This document shows, piece by piece, positions 40,235 to 52,698 of a stretch of 64,000 nucleotides of DNA. The first letter of the stretch is position 1; every line of letters begins with the position of its first letter. The stretch covers positions 372,001 through 436,000 of the forward strand of contig JALDTO010000158.1 of the NCBI GenBank assembly GCA_023515725.1. Reading direction: 5' to 3'. The stretch is from Amoeboaphelidium protococcarum X5 (Eukaryota > Fungi > Aphelidiomycota). Position numbers and translations under genes: made by a program. The notes under the pieces are model-generated. The model did not search any database. It had not been told where the DNA came from and was given only the letters and a program-made list of their open reading frames with translations.

Positions 40235-43200
40235 TCACTTATTCAACAATGCTTTAGCTTTCTACTTGAGCTCCTTAGCGTATTCAAGTAATACAGGAAG
40301 AAGTATCAGTCCATGAGCAGCACCGAGCAATACTATGGTGAGATACATTCTGAAGTAGAACACTTCAAATATCTTAGACTTGGCATAAGCAAGAACAAAG
40401 ATACCCAGCAACTTAGTCATCGTAATTCCACTAAACACACTTGAGCCAAATTCAGTCAAAGACTTTTGCGTGGACATCACTGTGGCACCTCGGGCAACAT
40501 GCACGCAAAACTCTACACCAATACCAACCGCAATAACCAGATTGACAGTGCTAACGGCATTGAGTGAGATACTCCAAATAGCCATAACACCAATAAGGTT
40601 CACCACAAGAGACATCACCGTAATCACAACAAGTAGAGCCACCAGAGGACTTCCAACAAAGAGCATGAACATGACAAAGATCACTGCCAACGCTAGACCA
40701 ATCAAAGTAAATGCCAAACTCCAGATAGTCAGGTACTGGGAGAAGAAGACATAGAACACAGAGTAAGGATATACGTAGCCCACGCCTTCTTCATCATGCT
40801 CATCCTGGTCCAAATTAAGAGACTGCTCAATAGACTTGGCAATACGATTAGCGTCCTTGTACGCGTTAATAAAATCATCCTGAGTCCTAAGCACTGGATG
40901 ATATGATCGAAGGTAGTACGCTTTCACATATTTCTCTCCATTCTCATCAATTCCGAACGCAATAGAATCCTTGTATGCCGCCTTACCAGCAGTCGGACAT
41001 TAAGTACCTGGCACCACATCGAGCCACTTCTCAAGACTCTACATGATCAGAGTGGAATTAGTTGGCAGAGCTGGAACGTCTCTCTCTGTCTAGTTAACGA
41101 TATAATTCTAAAACAGAGGAAAATGACCAGGTGAGCCAGCAGATGGATTCATAGAGCGCCACTTCCAACAAGCACAACTAGTTACATGGTTAAACGGATC
41201 ATCTTCATCGTCAGGGTCGCCATTGACGAAGCACTAATTCACACTTTCAGTCACGTAACAGCACGGTGTGCCAGGCTTGTTCATAAACATGACAAAATCA
41301 TCAATCCAAATAGCACTAGTGGCAGCCAAAGTGGATCCACCGCCACCCTTAACAATGTTTCTCTAGTACTCCATTTCCAACATTCTCGCGATAGAAAAGT
41401 CATTACAGTCCAAAAATTTGCCGCATAGATTCTTCTAGCCTTCAGTAGTACGAATATCCAACTTGGAACCTGGTGGAGTTCGGATGACAAAGTACAGCGG
41501 AGGTCCCACCTCAAGCTCATTTTCAAGAGCGTCAAAGTAATCCAATAAATAGCTATCAGATGGAAGTGCCAGCTTCTACTCCAATCCCAACTGTACGTTC
41601 TGGAAATTCTATAATCCCAAAAACATGAACAAACTTGCAAACAGTATAACAACCAAAGGCTTCACATACCATTTCAACAGGGCAGGTGCATAATATTTAT
41701 TAAATAGTGTTTCCAGAGCAGACATCTCATCACGTCTCTCTCCATCTGAAGTCTTATCGTAATCAATACGCAACTTGCTCAATAGGCCACCACTTCCAGC
41801 ACCAAAGATACGCGTCTCAATCACCATTAAAGCAATAAAACAGGTTGACTAAAGACAGAAATTAACAAAGACCGCAGTGGCAGCGTATAGACTGAAAATA
41901 CTCACCGCAGGCATAGTGACAAAGAAGCCACTGCCAAACGCGACGGTCTCACATAGACTACTGAGCATTATAGATGGACCGACCAACTTGAGATTCAAAG
42001 CAATCTGATGAGTGAAATCCAGATCAGGATACTACCTCTTTACACGTTCCAGAGAATTCACAAGTATAAAGATATTGTCCACACCCACAGCTAGAACCAA
42101 AAACGGAATAACTTCCGCAATGATTAAAGTTGCCTTCTGACCTGCCAAACTTAAGATGCTTACACTCAAACTCACACTGGCAATAACAATTAGGATACCA
42201 CACACACCAAGAAAGAACTTTGACTCCACCTTGAACTTTCTAAATCCCCTAAATCCTTGCTTAAACTTGACAGTAAACGTTCCCAGAGCCAGTGATGCGT
42301 AGACAAACATGAGAATGTACGACAACACAATAGTATACACATCTGCATACGTTTCACGCACCAACTCATCTTCAATGGAGATCTCTGTAGAGTAGGCAAT
42401 CTTCAGTTTATCCTTATTCGGCAGATTGTCTACGTACTAACTGATTAACTTGACCGCCTCATGCTCCCAAGCTTCAGACTTTTTCAAATAAGATTCATTT
42501 TTGACCGAGTTGTTGAGCACAAAGGTGACCACCAGCGACTTGCTGTTTAACCAATCATTATAATGGCGAGATCCAGACTATTACTGGTCATTATCGCCAC
42601 CATCAGCAGTAGTGGAATTATATCTAGAAGATCCACCCAAAACAAGCATAGGACTTAAAGGCTGACCAGAATCTGAATAACATTCCTACTTGCCAGATTC
42701 CAATATGCAGCCTTTCAGTGTGGTAAACTTGCCATCTTCATCCATCTTATTAGCATCAGAGAGGAACGCCTTATAATCGTGCTGATAATAACCAGTGAAA
42801 GATTGCACGGCGCAACGATCATTAACTGGCTTAAAACACAAATCGTCCAAAGTGATAACTTGAGAGGATCCTTCACAATTGACATGGGTGACATTCAATG
42901 ACTCAACTTACTCTTACAAAGTCCACGTAGTATTCAAAGTTTCAAAATCAATTACATTTCCACCATCAATTCTGGTAACTATTAGCTGGACCACTCGATA
43001 GAATGGAGCAAAGTTCTCATCAAAGTACTACTTTTAACGCAAAATCATATCATTTGGATCCACCCACAACTTTAGAGGCTCCGTCTCAACATCAGCTTTA
43101 AACCATCCAGCACTACCAAGCACTGATATTAACACAGAGATTATAACAATGCTATATGCATTACGAGCAATTACAAGGCCCAGCTTGTAAAATAAGTTGG

Positions 43201-44344
43201 ACAGGACGCGATCCAAGATCCAAGGCTTATAATCATACTATTTGCGCTCATCCCCGCCGAGCTTGCTATCAGACTCGAGCAGATCGTATCCCATACCGTA
43301 ACTATCAGGTGACAATAAGGTGGCAGTAGACTCATACGCTAGCTAATCCAAGTCATCGTCATCATCAAATTCACGATCACCTTGCTCCTGCACATCCGAA
43401 GTAAATACGCGTTCATACTTACCCTTACCGCGTCTATAGAGATAGAATCTATAACCAAACGTGGACAAGAGCACAACAAGCAGCAGGGCAGAGTAAATGA
43501 ACAGAAAAGAGAAGAATAAGCAGGTCATGTTGGTATTACCAATGAAGCATGTGCTATCAGAGGAGATCTTCTCTTAGAAATCGGTCTTACAGGCGGCAAA
43601 GCAATCCACACAAGAACATCCATACTTGTCATCATTGCAACTGAAGGTCTCATACTCAAATGGAGTAATGTCACCATGCACATCAGGGACATCTTCATCG
43701 TCAGCAGTGGGGAATATCATCTCAACAGGGTTCAAATACGTGGGACGGCCCATAAATGACAAGAACTCATGACCATTCTTGGCACCATTACCAATAAACT
43801 TCATAGCCAGAGAGTTGTCTTGAATCATCTTCACCTCCGCACAACTATCATAGAATTAGTCCACTACGTCATCATTCACATGAAAGTATACGCCCTTCAC
43901 AGCAGTCTAGTTATTACCCAAATCCTCAGTCTCTTTCAATTGTAAGAATGTAGACTGATCAGGGGAACAGGTGAAGTGGCAGAAGAAATTCAGAAAATTC
44001 TACCAGCATGCCGGACAGGTACCAATGACTTGCTGAGCAATCATAACTTTATTCATGAGGGAGCTCAGTTGTTGATCATCACAGCACAGGCGACTCTCCT
44101 CATACATGCCCAGCATATTATCAGCAGATATTCCACACACCTCTCGGAAATCACGTACGAAATCAGATTTCATATCCACCACAGTAGCATTCTTATTGTG
44201 CAGCAGAGGCTACAATCCATACTGGCCAGACATTAAACAAACGCCCTTCTAATGCACAATGCTTATGGAATCATCAGCAGCTGCTCCCCTGACTAGAGTT
44301 GCACACAATAACGCGAAGACTCCCAGATATACCAGCAATCTCAT
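40235..44344 (-). CDS. NPC1: Niemann-Pick C1 sterol transporter (Ncr1)
   Basis: Signal peptide; N-terminal domain CPACW.NF..FFCHFTCSPDQS; sterol-sensing domain TLIIAEVIPFLVLAVGVDNIFIL; LNAVSTVNLVIAVGIGVEFCVH; YFRMYL. Confidence 0.95.
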
Positions 44345-44981
44345 TCTAAATTTATTCGTGTTGCAACACTTACAATATTAATTTATAAATAAAAATAATG
44401 TAAAAGCAAATTCAAATTAGGTAATCACAGAAAGGAATGAGTTTCAGATCAAGGGGTAGACCAAAACGAATAAAGTGCGGTGGAGTCAAAGAACTCCTCG
44501 TCTCGTCCGCCCGCTTTTCTCTCTAACTCTTTCTCTCTCTTTAGCCGTTCGTGATGTGCGAATCGTGTGGGAAAAGTTGTTTGCCAGCCGATCAAACGAG
44601 GCGGCGCCGATTGCAGCTGGAGACTCTCGGCCGATTGATTGTTTGATCATTAGCGCGCTTAGTTTCAATTGTTTCAGTAAAGATATCTCTCTCCTACTGT
44701 ACTTTTGTGTTGATATTTACGCGTCAATATCACTGAACAATATCAGGTTCGTATGAATGTGAAGGAAGCAGTCAGATCTAAATCATTTCTATAATTATAT
44801 CCACGACTGCTTCAGGTCCAATCACAGCGTCCTAATCATAATATTTCACAAGCATATGAGGTAGATTTCCAGAAATTGTACCTCTCCAGAGTTCATTTAA
44901 CTTTGCTTCTTTCTTCTTGACAGGTTGATAATACTGCTTGCCTGAAAGCTTGCGTCACTTAGATAGAAAGAGAGAAAAAAA

Positions 44982-47009
44982 ATGATGAAGAATCTTGTTA
45001 GTATCGCGATTTTATTGTGTTAATATGGTGTAAAAGGTGATTTATCTCTTTGCTTAGGTTTTCTTGATATAAATTGCCCGGCTCCTCCTCCACCGCCACC
45101 GCCTGCATCCTCATCATCCACTAGTTCAAGGTCATAATCGTCGTCTACCTCTACCACCTCAGCCACTAGCTCATTGTCATCATCTACCTCTACCGCTACC
45201 TCTACTTCCACTACATCATCTAGCTCTGTTTAGTCCACCTCATCATCGATGGTTACTTCTGCCTCTTTAACATTGACTACGTCATCGTCTGGTTCATCTG
45301 CTACTTCTACTTTAGTCTCATCTGTACTTGGTGCTCCATCAAGTCAATTATCTTCAAGCGTGTCTACTATTGGTGCTAAATCCGAGTCATCGTTCATTAT
45401 TCCGTCTCTCACCTCTGCACTGCCATCTGACGCGTCAACCTCGACTATCTCCACGTCATCCTCTTCTGGCCCAAATATCTAATAGTCGTAACTTTCTCTT
45501 TCATATTCGTCTACAGTAAATGTTAATGTAATTCAATCTCTGAGCTCCACTTAATAAGCCTCTGTTGCATCGGTTTAGTAAGGCTCTATTTTGTCTTCAT
45601 AGCATGGTGCGACATCGGTGGCTGACTAATAGACATCTGTTTGCGTGTCTCCTGGTTGTATTTCTTCCTCCTCCTCAGTGTATAACTCCAATGTGTTTGG
45701 TAATTTCAACTCTTAGTAAAGCATCCCGTTGAGCTCATAAGGCACGGATTTCACATCCACTGGTAATGTATCTCCCAATACATTGCCTGCTAATGAATCC
45801 AGTGTATTTGGGTTACCACTGTATGCTGGAGCTACTGCCGTTTTAATTTTTGTGGTTACAGTTGCCGTTCTCGCTGTAAAGTATCGTCGTCACCGTAGAG
45901 CGCAACGTTTATTACGAAAATAATCTTTGATTGAGAATGGCGGTCTTCACTCTGGTGCATTACTCAATCCCACATCCTTTGACTTGCCATTCAACAGCTC
46001 ATCAGCGACAAACATGGCAGGTGGCACGACGATGAGGACGGCAGTTGGTGACTAGCGTGAAATGTCCATTCCTGGCTATTTAATGATGTAGCTGAATCAG
46101 GATTACGCTATTGAACAATAGCTAGGCGAAGGTGGTTTTGCTACCGTTTATACTGGAAGACTTTTGAATTAAGAGGCTATGCAGAGGGCTGGTTCTGATA
46201 TTGTCGCAGTGAAAGTGTTAAAGTCTTCTGCCAGTTTTGATCAGACTGCCAGTGATGAAGATAATTAGCAAGCATTTATATAGGAGGTGTCATTGTTGAA
46301 TTTCTTTAGTAATAACAGGCTGTTTGTCAAACTGGTTGGCTATTCTTAGAATCCTAACACTATCGTGATGAAGTATTATCCTTACGGAAACTTGGAGGAT
46401 GTTCTTATTGGCAGATCTACTTATGCAATGTGGTCTCTCGATTTGATGATTCCGCTGTTCTGTGACATTGTTGAAGCTCTTTCTGAAATGCATAAGAATG
46501 GATTTGTTCACTCTGATATAAAACCTGCAAATATCTTGCTAAATCAAGATGCTGGAGATTAGAGATTCTACGCTGTGATTTCTGATTTTGGTGTCACTCA
46601 GATTGTATCCAATAAGGCTATGCTCGTCCAGGCATTCCACGTCTCCAAGCTTGAGGGAGCGTCATTAAAATATGCTGCTCCTGAGTTGTTACATAAACTT
46701 TAAGGTGAACTTGATGCGAATGAACCTGGTGAGCTGAAACTATTGTGGGACGTGTATGCTTTGGCAATTTTGGGGTATGAAATGATGACATGCAGCCCAG
46801 CCTGGCATGGTTACGCGCCTAATCAGATTGTCGACTATGTATTGAGAGGAGTTCGACCTGAGGTCCCAGCTGAGCTGTACAATACTATCGCTGTGGACAC
46901 ACGTCTCTCTCTAGTCCTCTCGCTGATTCAGCGCGCCTGGGCGTAACGAGCTCAAGACCGCGTCACAACTTAAGAAATGCGCGAACAATTGTAGAACATT
47001 TAGTAGTGA
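44982..47009 (+). CDS. Receptor-like protein kinase 3 (signal peptide, Pro/Ser/Thr-only ectodomain, TM, kinase), 675 aa
   Basis: MMKNLVSIAILLCQYGVKG; TM LYAGATAVLIFVVTVAVLAV-KYRR; LGEGGFATVYTG, VAVK, HSDIKPANI, SDFG, KYAAPE. Confidence 0.9.
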
Positions 47010-47150
47010 TGATAATGATGTTTGTGATACTAATAAATAATGATTTATTGATCATAATTTTGGCACAAAATTTATAAGGGGTTGCTTTTAGGATTTAGGA
47101 GCCTAAGATTTTCATTTTTCATTCTCAGCAAGAGTGAAATTGTAAGAGTC

Positions 47151-48515
47151 ATGATCATAATCTACTGGCTTCTTCTATCATATCTGGTCGTGTCTGATCA
47201 GCTTTCTGATAGAATAAGCTAATTTTACTCTCGATACTATGGTATTTCTGATTTCCGTTATTCGCCGAATGATAATGGAGTAGTTGCAGTTGATTTGCTT
47301 GTGACTGTGGCTCATTTGTCCAGTCGTGATTTAGGATTTTCTGCTGATGCTCGTTAGAATTTGCTTTAGCAGCTATTCAGTGGCGATATAATGGTAAAAA
47401 CTACTTAGAGCTGTACTAGAGTTTACAATTTGATGGCGCCCGTCGTACAACAAAGGAAGCCAGACGATGTAAATTGGGTTGCTGGCTTTGGGTCGGGATT
47501 TGGCGATTGTATCAGGAGCATCAACCATCGCAAGACTATTGCTAAAATTTTTGCCTTTTTGCTCGATCGGATCGATGAAATAACTCCAAGGCTTTAAAAT
47601 GTACTTGTATCATATCAGGATGATTTGAATGATATATCACGTCTATTTACCATAATACCTATTAATTTATAACACGAGTATATGCGAAAAGTTGTTTTGC
47701 AAATTATGGGCGTATCGAATTGGCCCTGTATCGAACTTAAAGCTGCTCTTGGCTCTGGTGATGAGACTTCCCACGGACTCATGTTCAAGTTGGTGGCATT
47801 GAATATCTAATCTTTAGACTATTTTATGTATGCGAAGCAGGGCTCAGAAGTCTATCTTACTATGAAGCCTGATGTTGGAGAGTTATTTGGCTTCGGAGTA
47901 TTGGGTTTTAAGCGCGCACTTGTTTTATTGGTCAATTTAATGGATTCTGTTTTAATGATACCAGAGTTTAGAGCAAGCTCAAGACGACCATAAGACAATA
48001 TTAAAAGCCCTAATGAGCAGCTAAAGTCTTATCACGTCTCAGGAACAGTGTCTCTCGATGAACCTCTGCATTAGAATCCTTCGATCAAGTTTATATTCAA
48101 TCCTGCTTTAGATTCTAGATAGATGTATGGCCTCTTGTTTAAAGATCAGCTTGCTCATGAATGGGAGAGAATGTAGCGTATAAAAAGATTGGCCGGTAAT
48201 GGCTTTGAGTTTGGAAAAATTACTATTGAGTGGACTCAGTCGGGGGATAATATTGATTATGTTGTCATGTATCCTGAAGTCTTCTCAGTTACTCCCGTTA
48301 GTGACTGTTTTAATTGCGGTTAAGAAACTTCCAGGACGTGTTCAAGATGTTTGAAATTCTATTATTGCTCATAAAGGTGCATGAATGAAGATTGGTAGAA
48401 TCACAAAAAGTATTGCAAAAAGATGATAGACCCATAGAATTGCGCGATGAAGAACAGGGTCAAGATAAGAGTTTCAGACGAAAGGTAGATGTAACAATTT
48501 TACTTGTATGAATGA
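47151..48515 (+). CDS. Protein with N-terminal hydrophobic signal-like peptide and C-terminal MYND zinc finger (454 aa)
   Basis: Open with TAR=Gln from MIIIYWLLLSYLVVSD to CFNCGQETSRTCSRCLKFYYCSQRCMNEDWQNHKKYC. Confidence 0.8.
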
Positions 48516-48741
48516 GCGTTTTAAAGATACTATATAGATTAGTTTGATTGCCATGTGTGTTAACGCGGATGTTGCGCGCCCAATTTGATTGGGTATGATT
48601 TTATTGCAACAAAGACTAGAATTTGGTCTTTGATGATCCATACCGACAGTTTCTGGAGAGTAAGTAGGCAAAAACTTTGTCGACTTTGACAAGGCCAGTT
48701 AGTCTGCAAGAGGAACAAAATGTTATAGAAGCAAAAATACT

Positions 48742-48823
48742 TGTAATCGACGGGATTTGAACCCGCGCCCTCGAAAGGAATGCCGCCTTAAGACACCGGA
48801 TTAGACCACTTTCCTACGATTAC
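48742..48823 (-). tRNA. tRNA-Leu(AAG)
   Basis: GTAATCG/CGATTAC acceptor stem, anticodon loop TT[AAG]GC, long variable arm, TTCAAAT T-loop, A73, downstream T-run. Confidence 0.92.
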
Positions 48824-49502
48824 ATGTGAAACATAGTAAATTTTCAAAAATGCCAAATATGTAACAACCTAAATGTGAAAAATCACTGGCCATCACCTTA
48901 TAGCTTTTTATCGTTGAAGCTAAAGTGTCAAATGGATCAATATTGGCAGTCGTATCTAAAAAGCTTGTTGAAAGAACTAGACTGACACTGGCGGTTGATG
49001 CAGTCATGTTAAAATACGCGATCGAGAGAAGAAGTGTTGCCTAGAGTACATCTTGGTCTTCGAAAACTTTCGATAAACACCTCGCATCTTGTTAACTAAG
49101 AGTATTGACCCAATTCAATCATTTTATTTCATCGTAATCTTAAAGTCTCATCTGCTATGATATATTGTACATTTCTATGGCATCTAATAATTTAGCTTGC
49201 GACGCCGCTGTGAACACATTTATGGGAAAAGTTCTATTAAAATCGTGGTCTTAAAACGACTGATTTTAATATTGTATATCATTACTAATAAGTCAATCAC
49301 CAAATTGATTTACTGTAGAAGAGAGCCATCTGACAAACACAGCTACGTTAGCGAAAAACTTCACAATTCATCTACATAAATGCCGGGGTGACGCGGGATG
49401 GAAATTGGATTTCCGGCATGAAGGTGGCTGGTCTTACTGCGTCACCGAATAGGTGGCCCCTTATTTCAATTTTCTTTTGACTGATCATATTTTGCACTTA
49501 AA

Positions 49503-51772
49503 TACAACGGCAATTAAAAGATTATAAAGTATGGTAAGTAAAGCTGCAACTCTTAAATTCCTTTCGAGCAAATTACTCAGAATCTGTCTGTTGACCATCG
49601 TTAAAACTTATCAGACTATTGCGAAAATCTATGGCGCCTCATTCCTGAGGGTGGGGCTTTGCTCAAAATATACCTGTACGCTTTTTTGGAGAATCCTGAT
49701 ATCGATGCAGTTTGTCCTGACCTGTCTGTTATAACGATTAAATTCTCTTTTTGCGGAGTTTAGACTGACAAAGTTCGCAATGGAGATACTACCCCCATCA
49801 AGTCATTGGATTAGAAATGATCTACATCGTCTGGCATGGACTCAATGGAAGGAGACGCGTGATCCGGATATTCCGTTCGCCTTGATATTTGATAGATGGA
49901 ACAAGACTGTCTATACGATTGCCGAGAGTTATGTCAAGCATTGTAAAGTTTAGACTGCTGTCAATATTTAAGACCGCGTGCGTAAGTATTCCAGCGCTGC
50001 ATTGAAATAGGCTGATTCTGATAATGTCTTGAAGTCTAAGGATTTGATAGAAATTAATTTAGACTCTAAACAGAATTTCAATATGGATGCAGTTGACTTA
50101 GCGCAGTTTTTAAAGTAGGGAATAAACATTCGAGTTACGCATGAATTGGTGATAAGTTTGAATTAGATTTATCATGAAATCTACGCGTATGCTGTGTTGA
50201 TCACAAGTTAATACCTTTTTAGTGATGTAACGGATACTAATTGAAGCGAGTACTTGCGGATGATGTACTTTCTGCAGTAATACTTTCATGCTCACAATCT
50301 GCCCATGTTCAACATCTGCCCCGATATTAAGTTATCGCCATTCCATATTACTTTAAACAAGACTATAGCATCTAGAACATAATTATTTGGCGATAATGGG
50401 CAGAAAAGTGAGAATAACTTTGAAAGTAGTTTCAAGTTCTCTGCTTTGGATAAGAAGTACAAGCGGTACAAGGAATTCTACACTGATTTGTACTCTGCAT
50501 CTGTACCATTTTAGATCAAAGCTGATGATAAGACCACGAAGGCGAGCAGTTAGTCTAATCCAGAGTTGAAATCATCTTAGAAGAGCAGCTAGAAGTAATC
50601 ATCATCTCTGCAATTATCTCCTGGCATTTCAGTCACCAGTATGAATCCAGCTGACTTGGAACCAGAAGACTTTGAGACATTTTAACCATTAAGAGCTAAG
50701 CGGAAGTAAGGAGACGAAGCTTAACCTCTGGAATGGAAGAAGCCTCGAAAGTCTTTGGCGCAGAAGTATGCACAGTCATAGGATTGCCCTGATGATCCAA
50801 TAGACGACCCAGAAGAAGTCGAAGCTGGTATAGAGGAAGTTGATAGCATTATAGCAGGAGAGGAAGATCCACTAGCAGATGAGGACTTTGAGGATGCTTT
50901 GGATGAGCGTGAAGAAGAATCTGATGGCGAGGAGTATGAACTGGCACCATCAGTTGCAGGCAAGACAGACTACAGCTGGTTAAATAATCCCAAGTTCCCA
51001 CAGATTGACATTGCAGATCCGAGTAAGACGTATGTTGGAGTAGACGTCGGGGTTATTTTTTATGGCAGTGAGTAGCATTGTGAAGGCTAAGGATGGAGCT
51101 GACGCGCTGCAAGTATTGGAAGCAACGCCAAAGAATTCTATCCAAAGTGTCATGCTGAAGACATCTGACTTTAGAGCTGCAGTGAGGGATAAGTTAAGTT
51201 AGCAGGATAGACAGCTATCTGAGTATGTTTATGCTGAGCCGAGATACTGCTTCAATTCTGAGATGGCCAAGAGGAAGGCTGCGAATGCTGCTGTAGTCAC
51301 CCACTAACGTATGCCACTGTACATTAATCGCTCTGTCCAAAGAGCCAAGTATACGAGACATTTGCTAAGAAGAACATTACTCCAAGAGCGTGCAGCCAGA
51401 CTACTTGGTTTGAAGTCTTATAGTAACTCGCAGAAGGACAAGATCATTGTATTTTGGGGAACTGGAGGTATGAAAAAATTCAAGAATCGTTATCTCCCCG
51501 GCCGGAAATGCCATCCAGCTTCCAAAGAGCTGCTCCACTATGTCTAGATGATTGCAACAGTCTATGTTACCCATGAGAAGGGTACGTCTGTTCATTGTAG
51601 TAACTGCGAGTAAAGGGTTGTCCGAAGAAGGACTGCCGACCAAGATATAGTCACATGCGCACATTGTCATCTCGTCATTAACGGAGATGTGAATGCCGCA
51701 ATAAACATTCTCAAAATCGGACTTATAATGGCAATTAACAGAGGTAGATTCCCTATGTAATTTACTCTATGA
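49503..51772 (+). pseudogene. Fanzor1/TnpB-like RNA-guided RuvC endonuclease, disrupted
   Basis: RuvC-I YVGVDVG (Asp 51043-45), IIVFWGTG, shifted RuvC-II THEKGTS (Glu 51575-77), CSNC...CAHC zinc finger, RuvC-III NGDVNAAINIL (Asp 51686-88). Upstream YLRMMYFL..MFNICP..HITL and FYTDLYSAS motifs. Lesions: in-frame TGA 50242-44, extra T in the T6 run 51056-61, probably another frameshift near 49817. 5' end uncertain. Confidence 0.85.
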
Positions 51773-51788
51773 AATAGGTGATACTTAC

Positions 51789-51815
51789 TACATTCAATAC
51801 TTCAGTATTCTCTCT
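51789..51815 (+). repeat. 27-bp direct repeat, copy 1 (putative target-site duplication)
   Basis: TACATTCAATACTTCAGTATTCTCTCT, identical to 52671-52697. Confidence 0.9.
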
Positions 51816-52670
51816 ACCCACTCTCGATGCTATGAAAAATAAGGCCTCATTTATGGATCAACCATCTTATCAAGATGCAAAGACCACGAAGAATCCTTCG
51901 ACCACCTGCTACAATGCTCCCATACTAGCGATAACTGGTAAAAAATCTAGGATACTTGGACTGCGCTCTTAGGTAGCTGTTGGCACCTCTCTCTCAAATA
52001 GCAAAGTCTAAAGTCCTCCTCTCAGCCAAATGTCACCGAACTGGCAGCCGTCATCGGATTAGATCCAGAGCTGGGATTCATTTCCAACCTTCTCATTTTG
52101 ATAGTATAATGGCGCCTCTATGGACTAGACTGCCTGCTATCGGCGTTGTATGAAGAAATCTGGAAAGCTCGTTAGGCTCAAATCAAACTGCAGGATGAAT
52201 TGCTCGTATAAAACCTTAAACTCATCACTCTGACCTGCTCCTCCACCTCTATAGCTTCTCACCGAGACTCTGTCCAATAGACAAGAACAAAGTACTCCCG
52301 CAAGATCAGGCTGAAGCAAGGTACGAGCAGCAAGTCAATCACCAAGTCAACAGTAGAGATCAAACTACCACGGCACCCGACACCTGTGATCAAGATAAAC
52401 ATGAAGAAGCGTTAACTCCCTAGCAACTCAGATGAAGACTTCGTCTAAAATGGATGCTAAAAAAGAAAAGCTCCCGATAAATACCAGGCAAAATACATAC
52501 CAAACTATGAGCCGCGCCTAGTGGAAAGCCGCTCTACGGCTGCAAGCAATTGTGACGTTGCACTTGTCCGAGCTGGAATCATCTAGTCAGCTCACCGTGT
52601 AATACCGCAAGTCAGCAGGAGACACGGGATTATGGACAATGTGAGTATGAGTGTGTGCTTAAATATATTA
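51816..52670 (+). mobile_element. 5'-truncated non-LTR retrotransposon (LINE) 3' fragment
   Basis: LPTLDAMKNK, then (frameshifted) SRCKDHEESFDHLLQC...W...LYEEIWKAR, the zinc-knuckle/C-terminal pattern of LINE ORF2. Bracketed by the 27-bp direct repeats. Confidence 0.72.
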
Positions 52671-52697
52671 TACATTCAATACTTCAGTATTCTCTCT
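52671..52697 (+). repeat. 27-bp direct repeat, copy 2 (putative target-site duplication)
   Basis: Identical to 51789-51815. Confidence 0.9.
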
Positions 52698-52698
52698 C

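Noticed and set aside
48850-49263. 137-codon + strand ORF (table 6) upstream of Fanzor as a transposase
   Set aside because: No HUH, DDE or serine-recombinase motif recognised; ORFs of this length arise easily with a single stop codon.
49380-49446. HDV-like ribozyme
   Set aside because: A pseudoknot is present, but there is no P1.1, P4 or J4/2 catalytic strand on either strand.
51789-52697. 27-bp repeats as a CRISPR array
   Set aside because: Only two copies, separated by 855 bp of LINE-like sequence; better explained as a target-site duplication.
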